Positions 16,899-23,975 of a stretch of DNA of 64,000 bases are shown here, piece by piece. The stretch is from a virus: the IMG/VR virus record IMGVR_UViG_3300012209_000008, positions 2,026 to 66,025 of that record. One strand, given 5' to 3'. Every line of letters starts with the position of its first letter. Within the stretch, counting starts at the first letter, position 1. The notes under the pieces were generated by a model. It saw only the letters and a list, made by a program, of their open reading frames with translations, was not told the origin of the DNA and ran no database searches. The translations under genes were made by a program, and so were the position numbers.

Positions 16899-17270
16899 GT
16901 GAAGATCCTGGTATGCGGGGACCGCGACTGGACGGACCGCGGCTTGATCTTTACCATTCTGGATTGTCTGCGGGACGGCAGCCATGTCACGCTGATCGAA
17001 GGTCATGCGCGGGGTGCTGACCAGGCCGGTCACGACTGGGCAGTAATGCGTGGGATAGACCTCTGCTGCTGTCCAGCGGACTGGCGGCGATACGGCCGTG
17101 CGGCAGGTCCCATCCGCAATCGCCAAATGGCCGATCTGGCGCCGGATCTGGTCGTGGCCTTTCACGATCACATCGAGACCTCCTTGGGGACCGGGGACAT
17201 GCTCCGGGAGGCCGCGCGGCGCGGAGTACCCTATGCCCTTGTCTGGCACGAGGGATGGAGAGACCCATGA
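16899..17270 (+). CDS. SLOG/YspA-like (DUF2493) nucleotide-binding protein
   Basis: KILVCGDRDW...EGHARGADQAG...ADWRRYGRAAGPIRNRQM...VVAF...GTGDM. Confidence 0.88.
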   Translation: MKILVCGDRDWTDRGLIFTILDCLRDGSHVTLIEGHARGADQAGHDWAVMRGIDLCCCPADWRRYGRAAGPIRNRQMADLAPDLVVAFHDHIETSLGTGDMLREAARRGVPYALVWHEGWRDP

Positions 17271-17491
17271 CCACCCGAGCAACCGCCAAGCCCCTCCGCC
17301 GCGTTGTCAATGGGATGCGCGCCGGAGAACTCACCGTCGAGATCCGGGACACCGAGGTCACGCTCCGCCCGTTCCATTCGCGCCGGGGCGGCGCCGGGGA
17401 AGTCACCGTGACCTGGCTGACTATCTACACTGACGCGATCCTGCGTCGGGATCTCAAGCCCCGGCGTCGACGCAGACTAGTCATTCCTTAA
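17267..17491 (+). CDS. small basic hypothetical protein
   Basis: 74 aa; ATGA overlap. Confidence 0.55.
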   Translation: MTTRATAKPLRRVVNGMRAGELTVEIRDTEVTLRPFHSRRGGAGEVTVTWLTIYTDAILRRDLKPRRRRRLVIP

Positions 17492-17504
17492 GCGTATCGT
17501 GTAC
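17491..17504 (+). promoter_or_regulatory. early-gene upstream motif, copy 5
   Basis: AGCGTATCGTGTAC before an AAGGAGG SD. Confidence 0.65.
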
Positions 17505-17520
17505 CCAAAGGAGGAATCAC

Positions 17521-17790
17521 ATGACGAGCATTTCCTACCAGTACCATGGGGCCAACGCTGATTGTCCAGATGTGCAAAATGGCCGATGGCCCCGTTGCCT
17601 GGGTCATCCCTCTGTCCTTCCAAAGGCAGAGGAGACCACCGCCGAGGACATCCGGAACGCGCTTCAGTTGCTGGGGCAGATTCCGGATCACCCCTTGACC
17701 CGGGAAGAGTTGGTGGATGCGGTCCGGGCCGTGCTCCCCCGGACTAAGGCCCTCCTTCACCGCGCGCTAACACGGGAGGAGGGACGATGA
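17521..17790 (+). CDS. hypothetical protein
   Basis: 89 aa; strong SD. Confidence 0.6.
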   Translation: MTSISYQYHGANADCPDVQNGRWPRCLGHPSVLPKAEETTAEDIRNALQLLGQIPDHPLTREELVDAVRAVLPRTKALLHRALTREEGR

Positions 17791-18014
17791 GAACCCGCGA
17801 TATCATCGGCAAGCGCATCGTCGCCGTGCGCCTGAACCGCTTCAACACCGGCCGTAGCACGGGCAACGGCGGTAAAGCATGGAGCTTTGACCCCACGTTC
17901 GTTCTGGATGATGGCACCGCGGTCTCGTTCGTGGTGGACGAAACGGAAGTTGGCGAGTATGGCATTCACATTGTGGTCTCGAGGCCCGCACGTACCGCGA
18001 GGAGGATCCAGTGA
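17787..18014 (+). CDS. hypothetical protein
   Basis: 75 aa; GGAGGG SD. Confidence 0.6.
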   Translation: MRTRDIIGKRIVAVRLNRFNTGRSTGNGGKAWSFDPTFVLDDGTAVSFVVDETEVGEYGIHIVVSRPARTARRIQ

Positions 18015-18604
18015 AGCTCCGCAATGAGACCCGCTACCACACCCGTGTCCTCCGGAGCCTGATCACGGCGGTGTACCGGGTAGTGGCCAAGGCGGAAGGG
18101 ACCGCACGCTGGTGGCCCCGGCTGATGGTGTATGTTCAGTACCGCCGGGCGGAGACGTTCCGCGAGGGCAAGGCCCACCTCCACGGCGGTCCGATGTGGC
18201 TGATGCTGCCCAAGCCCGGTCGCCAAAGCCGCTACATGCGGGTCAACGGCCAGCCGTACGAAGAGGGGGCGGAGCGGATCCCCAACCTTGTGGATACCAT
18301 CGCCCATGAACTGCTCCACTGCTACGGCTATACCCATGGGCAGTTCCAGACCACCTCCTATGACTTCACGCGGCTCCTGGCCCGCTTCGGCGGTACCGAG
18401 GCCCGGTTGCCGGAGCGTCCACCCGCCGCACCGCGGCCGCGCCGAAACCTGATCCAGGAGCGCTACACCCGACTCTTGGCGCGCCAGGCTGCCTGGAAGC
18501 AGAAGCAGCACCGGGCCGATCAGGCCCTCGTCAAGATCCGTCAACAGCTGCGGTACTATGAGCGCAAGCTCGCCGCCAAATCATCCGCCTCTCAACCGGA
18601 GTAG
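18011..18604 (+). CDS. putative zincin (HExxH) metallopeptidase with coiled-coil tail
   Basis: TIAHELLHCYGYTH. Confidence 0.65.
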   Translation: MKLRNETRYHTRVLRSLITAVYRVVAKAEGTARWWPRLMVYVQYRRAETFREGKAHLHGGPMWLMLPKPGRQSRYMRVNGQPYEEGAERIPNLVDTIAHELLHCYGYTHGQFQTTSYDFTRLLARFGGTEARLPERPPAAPRPRRNLIQERYTRLLARQAAWKQKQHRADQALVKIRQQLRYYERKLAAKSSASQPE

Positions 18605-18609
18605 ACCCC

Positions 18610-19848
18610 ATGACCACCACTGCCCTTGTCCCGACTGAGGACACGGCCCTACGCGAGGTCCAGCGCGAACTCACCACCTTCCGCGACGCCGCGGTCGACG
18701 CCGTGACGGATACGCGGCGCCTCCAGCTGGCCGTAGCCACCGTGGACAACCCGCCCTCTGCCCTAGACCGGGTTGTGCTGACGGCGGAGACGGGGAGCGG
18801 CCCCATGCCGCTCCGGCTCCTCGCAGGCGCGCACGATCAGCTGGCCGAGCGCGTCGGGATCCCGAAGGACTACTACCAGCGCATGCTCACCGAGGCGCCG
18901 GGGCTCCTCGCCACCAACGTCAATCACTGGTTCCGGTCCCAACCGACCAAGCGGCTGCTCCGGATGCTCAAGCCGCTGACCCCGGAGGATCAGGCCACCC
19001 ACGCCGGGCTCCACACCAACTACGCGGTCCGGGCCATCCTGTCCGACCGCTACCGGCCCATCGATCACGGATCCCTCCTCAACACGGTGCTCCCCGTGGT
19101 AGCGGAGCGGCAGCTGACCGTGACGCAGTGGAAACTCACCGAGCGGCACCTCTTCCTCCGCTTCAAGGCCCCGTCTCAAGCCTTGGGCCAGATTGTCGCC
19201 GCGGAGGTATTCCGGGACGCGCCGTTGTACAAAGGCTTCAACCTCCAGGATGTAATGGCGGAGGTGATCGGCTTCGGCGTGGCGCTCCGCAATTCGGAGA
19301 CGGGGCACGGGGCCTTCGTTCTGGATCCGACGTTTGAGGTGGAGCGCTGCCTCAACCGGATGGTCATGGACCTCTACAGCCGGGTCCGCGTCATCCACAT
19401 GGGCGGCCAAAAGGACGAGGATGACTCCTTCTACCAGGCCGACACCAAGGCCCTGGACAACGCCGCCATCTTCCTGAAGGTCCGTGACCGGATGCGGGCG
19501 TTGTTCTCCGGGGATACCAAGCAGAAGGCGGCCGCGGTGGTTGCGAAGCAGATGGGCGTGCCACTGATGCTGCCGGAGACCGTGGGCCAGTTTGAGTTTG
19601 TGGAGAACCTGGCCCAGACCTTCGATCTCACGGAGGCGGAGCAGAAGGTGCTGAAGGAAGAGGTGGTGGCTGAGATGACCACCACGGGACGGCCGCTGAC
19701 CCCGTTCACCGTCTCCCAGGGGCTGACGGCCACCGCCAAGCATGCCGACAACATCGAGCGGCAGGAGGAGTTGGAGCGGCTCGGCTGGCGGGTGCTGGAG
19801 GATCCGATTGAGAAGTTGCTGAAGGCTGGAAAGGCCAGCCGCAACTAA
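18610..19848 (+). CDS. DUF932-family protein
   Basis: AVRAILSDRYRPIDH and GVALRNSETGHGAF...CLNRMV. Confidence 0.75.
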   Translation: MTTTALVPTEDTALREVQRELTTFRDAAVDAVTDTRRLQLAVATVDNPPSALDRVVLTAETGSGPMPLRLLAGAHDQLAERVGIPKDYYQRMLTEAPGLLATNVNHWFRSQPTKRLLRMLKPLTPEDQATHAGLHTNYAVRAILSDRYRPIDHGSLLNTVLPVVAERQLTVTQWKLTERHLFLRFKAPSQALGQIVAAEVFRDAPLYKGFNLQDVMAEVIGFGVALRNSETGHGAFVLDPTFEVERCLNRMVMDLYSRVRVIHMGGQKDEDDSFYQADTKALDNAAIFLKVRDRMRALFSGDTKQKAAAVVAKQMGVPLMLPETVGQFEFVENLAQTFDLTEAEQKVLKEEVVAEMTTTGRPLTPFTVSQGLTATAKHADNIERQEELERLGWRVLEDPIEKLLKAGKASRN

Positions 19849-19857
19849 GCGAGGTTG

Positions 19858-20388
19858 GTTAGCGTGCCGCGGCGGTTGGGTGACCAACCGTACAAGGCCG
19901 GTGATACGCGAGGCCCCGTGGCATCACGGAGCCGCCTGCTGCATGCTCGCGTCGGTGGCAGGACGCTAACTCTCCTGGTGGGTGGAAGGATCCCTGTGGG
20001 CACAGCGTCCCACAACGCACCCACCAGCGTAGCTCGGATTGGCCTAGACCGATGAGGAGAACGGTGCGAAGGGACACCTACGTGAAACGGGCAAGCACCC
20101 CGCCAAGCGTATCGGGTCGTCAGCACCAATGGAAAGGGTGGGTGTCGCTGACGGCGGGCCCGCTGCCAGCGCACAGTAGTCGGTCTAGGCTGTTGGTTTT
20201 GCGCGCGAAGCTCACCAGACGAGCACCGGTGTGCCAAGCCGGAGGTCGCGGGGTCGCACCCGCCGCGCGCTCTTGTTGATGTGCCGCAAGGCCGGTGCAC
20301 ATGGCCGTAGACGGGGCCTCATTGCCCCGGAGACGTAACAAACGAGCCATCGCCTTCGCTTAGGCTACGTCGAGCGGAGGACATCAAC
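19858..20388 (+). ncRNA. candidate large structured ncRNA
   Basis: Helices GTTAGCGT/ACGCTAAC, CTGGTGGGTG/CACCCACCAG, GCCTAGACCGA/TCGGTCTAGGC, GTTGATGT/ACATCAAC and GAGGCCCCGT/ACGGGGCCTC; GNRA loops (GTGA, GAAA, GCAA). No convincing ORF. Confidence 0.65.
20201..20271 (+). tRNA. degenerate tRNA-Gly(GCC)-like cloverleaf
   Basis: GCGCGCG/CGCGCGC acceptor + U discriminator; GCTC/GAGC D-stem; CCGGT-GTGCCAA-GCCGG anticodon arm; AGGTC; GCGGG/CCCGC T-stem with a non-canonical 6-nt loop GTCGCA. No CCA. Confidence 0.65.
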
Positions 20389-20401
20389 GTCGTTTCCTCT
20401 A

Positions 20402-20635
20402 ATGAGGATGCCCCTCGTGCCGAAGAACCACCTACCAGTGGCGGAGTTGGAGCGCCTGGCCAAGTGGTACGCGGGGATTGCCGCCGACTGGCGGGCCCGC
20501 GCGGCGCGGCTGGGCGCGGGCCCGCGTCGTCAGTCCCTGGAGCAACTCGCCGCCTATACCAAGGCCCAACAAGCCGCCGACACGGCGCGCCGCTACGCGC
20601 TCCGCGCCGAAGCCCGCAAAGGAGAACGTCCATGA
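20402..20635 (+). CDS. small Ala/Arg-rich protein
   Basis: 77 aa; couples to the next gene. Confidence 0.5.
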   Translation: MRMPLVPKNHLPVAELERLAKWYAGIAADWRARAARLGAGPRRQSLEQLAAYTKAQQAADTARRYALRAEARKGERP

Positions 20636-20883
20636 AGACAAAGAATGGTCAACGGATCTACAGCCCCAAGTTTCGGGCGAAGGCCGCACCAAACCCTGGA
20701 CCGGGCTCTTCACGCGCGAAGGGGATTCTGTATTGGATCGAGGCCTTTATGTTTCGGGGAACCGGAATAGGGCCATCGATCCGCGTGTTTCCGACCGTGT
20801 ATGATGCGGAGGCCGCGCGCGACGTGCGCGTCCCTTGGAAGGATGACGTGCTGAACGCAGGCTCCAATGCCTCTGGCCCCTAA
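20632..20883 (+). CDS. hypothetical protein
   Basis: AAAGGAG SD; ATG at 20632. Confidence 0.55.
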   Translation: MKTKNGQRIYSPKFRAKAAPNPGPGSSRAKGILYWIEAFMFRGTGIGPSIRVFPTVYDAEAARDVRVPWKDDVLNAGSNASGP

Positions 20884-21274
20884 GCCCCGGGCAGGCGTGG
20901 TGTGGTATTTGGACACCACCAAGTTGAACCATGCCGCCGCCACGCTGACGCTCCCGGATCCTCCGGCCCCGGATGGGGAGGTGCGTCCCTTTGTCTGTCT
21001 CTCAGCCCGCGCCGGGACCAGTACCTGGGCCGAGATCACCACTCAACCCCGGCCCTACCGCTTGGAGCTAGCCGTCGCGTGGCTGGTCACGCGCTCCGGT
21101 TCCCTGCTCCAGGGCGGCACGCGCTCATGGCTCAACGGAGCCGTGTATGTCGGGGAGGATGAGGCCTTCTGCGACGCAGTGGCCAACACGAGTGACAACC
21201 AGTTCAGTGCCGCCGCGGTGGCGCGGATGCTGGCGTACCTCCAGCAAATCACCGACCACCGCCGCCCCAGTTGA
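20867..21274 (+). CDS. possible PemK/MazF-like protein
   Basis: GVVWYLD...GEVRPFVCLS...WAEITTQ resembles the G-x-V-W...RP-x-V-x-S...P/E-I-T-T pattern of MazF. Confidence 0.4.
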   Translation: MPLAPKPRAGVVWYLDTTKLNHAAATLTLPDPPAPDGEVRPFVCLSARAGTSTWAEITTQPRPYRLELAVAWLVTRSGSLLQGGTRSWLNGAVYVGEDEAFCDAVANTSDNQFSAAAVARMLAYLQQITDHRRPS

Positions 21275-21390
21275 CGGAAGTTCCGTCGATGGGCGCTAGC
21301 AGGCCTCGCCGCCCCGTAGCGTGGGCCAGGCGGTGGGCCGTATATTCGGGCGGAGCGGCGCCCGAACCCCACGGAGGCACGGAGGCAGCC

Positions 21391-21792
21391 ATGGCAACCA
21401 ACATCGGCGTGGACATCCACAAAGCCAGCATCCCGGCGGCGCCGGATGGGGCCAGCGTCCCCTACGCCACCGCCGACGACCGGGGCGTCCAGGGGAAGGC
21501 CGCGGACGCCGCCAGCGGCGGCCGCCTCATCGACGGCAAGGGCTTCCTGGCCCACGAGCTGGTCAGCAGCGATGGCTCGGACGCGACGGATGCCACACCC
21601 ATGGTCGGGCAACAGAATGCCGTGACCGACGCGCATCACAGTGGCGTGGTCCACAACGAGTCCGGCCTCATCTTGGCCGGAGGGGCCAAGCTTCCCGGCG
21701 GATCCGCCCCGAAGCAAACAGGCGAGATCGATGCCGAAGCTGGGGGCCCCAAGCAGCCCGGCATCGCCGACGAAGGTTCCCGCCCCACCTAA
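21391..21792 (+). CDS. hypothetical Gly/Ala/Asp-rich protein
   Basis: ATG at 21391 after a tandem ACGGAGGC SD. Confidence 0.6.
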   Translation: MATNIGVDIHKASIPAAPDGASVPYATADDRGVQGKAADAASGGRLIDGKGFLAHELVSSDGSDATDATPMVGQQNAVTDAHHSGVVHNESGLILAGGAKLPGGSAPKQTGEIDAEAGGPKQPGIADEGSRPT

Positions 21793-21870
21793 AGTTGACG
21801 ATCCCAGCCGTGCCGGTCCCGAGCGAGTCCCATCTCACCTCAACAGGACCGACGGGTCTGACGGTAGAAC

Positions 21871-21906
21871 CCGCCCCGGGAGCCCATCCTCGGGGCGGTT
21901 GTTATT
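21871..21906 (+). terminator. intrinsic terminator at the convergence of early and late blocks
   Basis: CCGCCCCG/CGGGGCGG stem followed by TTGTTATT. Confidence 0.55.
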
Positions 21907-21907
21907 C

Positions 21908-22522
21908 CTACGGTTGACACCCCCACCCAGCAATCACCGCCAGCACCAACCCCCGGTTCACCGCCGCGCCCGCGCCCGCCGTCACCTGCCACCCGCAGCG
22001 CCGCCGCTGCACCTGCAATCCCACTTTCAGGAGAGAATCAGCCCGTTGGCCGCGCGTCACCGCGTCCCCGAGCAGTCGCTGGAGACTATCGGCCCGGAGA
22101 CTGCCGGCCACCGCGGCCTGCTGATACTGGTCGGCCTTGGCGCTGCACGTCGCCACCACCGCTTCACAGGCCGTGAGCGCCGGGCCCGCGACGCCTGGCT
22201 TGGTCTCAAGTGAGTCCAGGGTCCGTTGTTGGGCCTGTTGCACGGTATCCAAGGAGTCTCCGCGGCGCGTCTTGGCCGTGGCGATGAGGCCGAGTTTGGT
22301 GATCACCACTTGAGCGGTCTTGAGCCGCTGAAGCCACGCGGGACCGCTCGCCACCTCCGCACGGGATCCCGCGGCCCAGGCCGCGAAGGCGGGGCTCTGG
22401 TTGAGGAGGTGGAGAATGAGGAGGACACCCGCTCCGAGCCCCACCACAAGGCCTACGCTCAGATGAAAGGGGCGACTGGCTTGTTGCAAGAACACCACCG
22501 GACCTCTGCCGGGTGCGGTCAT
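21908..22522 (-). CDS. spanin-like lysis protein
   Basis: N-terminal TM (LSVGLVVGLGAGVLLILHLL), coiled coil, and C-terminal beta-like segment GWQVTAGAGAAVNRGLVLAVIAGWG. Last gene of the lysis cassette. Confidence 0.5.
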   Translation of the reverse strand: MTAPGRGPVVFLQQASRPFHLSVGLVVGLGAGVLLILHLLNQSPAFAAWAAGSRAEVASGPAWLQRLKTAQVVITKLGLIATAKTRRGDSLDTVQQAQQRTLDSLETKPGVAGPALTACEAVVATCSAKADQYQQAAVAGSLRADSLQRLLGDAVTRGQRADSLLKVGLQVQRRRCGWQVTAGAGAAVNRGLVLAVIAGWGCQP

Positions 22523-22854
22523 TTGGAAATCTCCGTTGAGGGAATCCCTTGCCGAATCCGGGCCACGCGCTCTTGGCGGAGCTGTTGCCGCACCAAGGCG
22601 TAGTCCGCCCCGAGGCTGTCCACCATGGCCGACAAGCGCTGGGCTCGGGCCAGGGCATCGGACAGGACACGGTAGAAGGCCTCTTGATGAGAGTAGCGGA
22701 GCGCACTGGACCAGCCTGCCCCAAAGGCCACCAGCATACAGAGGAGGCCCGCCCCAAAGGCGACCGCCAGTGGGGTGTAATTGGGGCGCCGCTTTGGCCG
22801 CGGCGCGGATTCGCGTTTGGGCAATTCTAAGGGACGGCGGAGTGGTAGCACCAT
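22519..22854 (-). CDS. single-TM membrane protein (lysis cassette)
   Basis: One hydrophobic helix plus a coiled-coil tail; GGGAGG SD. Confidence 0.55.
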   Translation of the reverse strand: MVLPLRRPLELPKRESAPRPKRRPNYTPLAVAFGAGLLCMLVAFGAGWSSALRYSHQEAFYRVLSDALARAQRLSAMVDSLGADYALVRQQLRQERVARIRQGIPSTEISK

Positions 22855-22872
22855 AGACACCTCCCGCAAGTG

Positions 22873-23430
22873 TCAGATCACCCGCAGCAACCCGAGCGCT
22901 AATTGTCGGAGCCGGGACACACGGCCCACCCACGTGGGGAGATAGGGAAGCCGGGCCGGATAATGCCGGACCACCGCCCGGTCATAGTCCATCCGCAACC
23001 ACAGAACATCTTCCAGGGTGGCCCGAGTCGCCAGCACCACGGCCGCCAGCGTCTGCGGCCCCACCACCCCGTCCTGCTTCACATCCAGCACTCCCTGCAA
23101 GAGCACGTCCCCTTCCAGCACGCCGGAGTTGACGGCCATATCCAGCGTCGCGAGCGCTAGCGGTCCGCTCCAGTCCCCGGGCGCCGCCGCCACCTTCTCG
23201 CACTCCGCGGCCGCCCAGTATTGGGCGTGGTAGAACGTTGCCACCCAGGGCTGGGCCCAGGTGAGCTCGCGCACGCTCGGCGGTGCCTCCGGTGGCCGTG
23301 CCGCCCACCCGTCCCAGGCCGCTTGGGTGATCCCGCAGCGGGTGGGCACCGGATCCTCGACGTAACGCGTCCCCTCCTCGCGCTGGAGCCACGGCAAGAC
23401 CACGGTCCGGAACAGTGTGTCTGGCGTCAC
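22873..23430 (-). CDS. endolysin, glycoside hydrolase family 108-like
   Basis: REEGTRYVEDP..TRCGIT...FYHAQYW...LDMAVNSG...LQGVLDVKQDGVVGPQTLAA...TWVGRV. Confidence 0.85.
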   Translation of the reverse strand: MTPDTLFRTVVLPWLQREEGTRYVEDPVPTRCGITQAAWDGWAARPPEAPPSVRELTWAQPWVATFYHAQYWAAAECEKVAAAPGDWSGPLALATLDMAVNSGVLEGDVLLQGVLDVKQDGVVGPQTLAAVVLATRATLEDVLWLRMDYDRAVVRHYPARLPYLPTWVGRVSRLRQLALGLLRVI

Positions 23431-23738
23431 GCCTTCCCCCCGGGGAGGACGCTCCGCACCTTGTCCACCAACGCGGCAAAGGCATCCCGGCTCACCAGAT
23501 TGTACCCGCCGCCAATGAGCAAGAGCGGGAACCCATACTGGCGCACAAACTCCATCACCGACAAACCGGGCTGTGGCGGGGCGGGCGGATGGAGCGCGAG
23601 AGCAAACGCCTCCCACAAGGCCGGGAGCGCGAAGACCAGCCCTATCACCATGAGGGCAATTCCTAGCCTCGCTCGCCCGTACTTGGTCTTGGCTTGGAGC
23701 GGCGCATGGGACTGTGGTGGCTGTTGTGGAGCCGTCAT
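23427..23738 (-). CDS. putative holin
   Basis: Two hydrophobic segments; immediately upstream of the endolysin. Confidence 0.6.
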   Translation of the reverse strand: MTAPQQPPQSHAPLQAKTKYGRARLGIALMVIGLVFALPALWEAFALALHPPAPPQPGLSVMEFVRQYGFPLLLIGGGYNLVSRDAFAALVDKVRSVLPGGKA

Positions 23739-23764
23739 CTGTCAATCCTCCATTGAGGTGAGGT

Positions 23765-23959
23765 TCACAAACTCGGCGGTTCCGTGGTCCCGGCGGTACT
23801 CTCAGCGAGGAGATCCGTGACCATCCCTTGGACCGGTGTCCCCAGGGCACTCCATTTGGCTTGGGTGATGGTGGTAGGATCAAACTGGCGCACTATCTCC
23901 CGCACCCCACCCGTCATCGGATTGGTAATCTGGATCCGCAACACATAGGCAGCTGCCAT
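23765..23959 (-). CDS. small protein downstream of tail fibre
   Basis: 64 aa; AAGGGAGG SD. Confidence 0.55.
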   Translation of the reverse strand: MAAAYVLRIQITNPMTGGVREIVRQFDPTTITQAKWSALGTPVQGMVTDLLAESTAGTTEPPSL

Positions 23960-23975
23960 ACAATCCGTCCCTCCC

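Noticed and set aside
20042-20190. Hammerhead ribozyme (CCGATGAG...GAAA)
   Set aside because: The core cannot be placed with a stem I and an NUH cleavage triplet in the required register.
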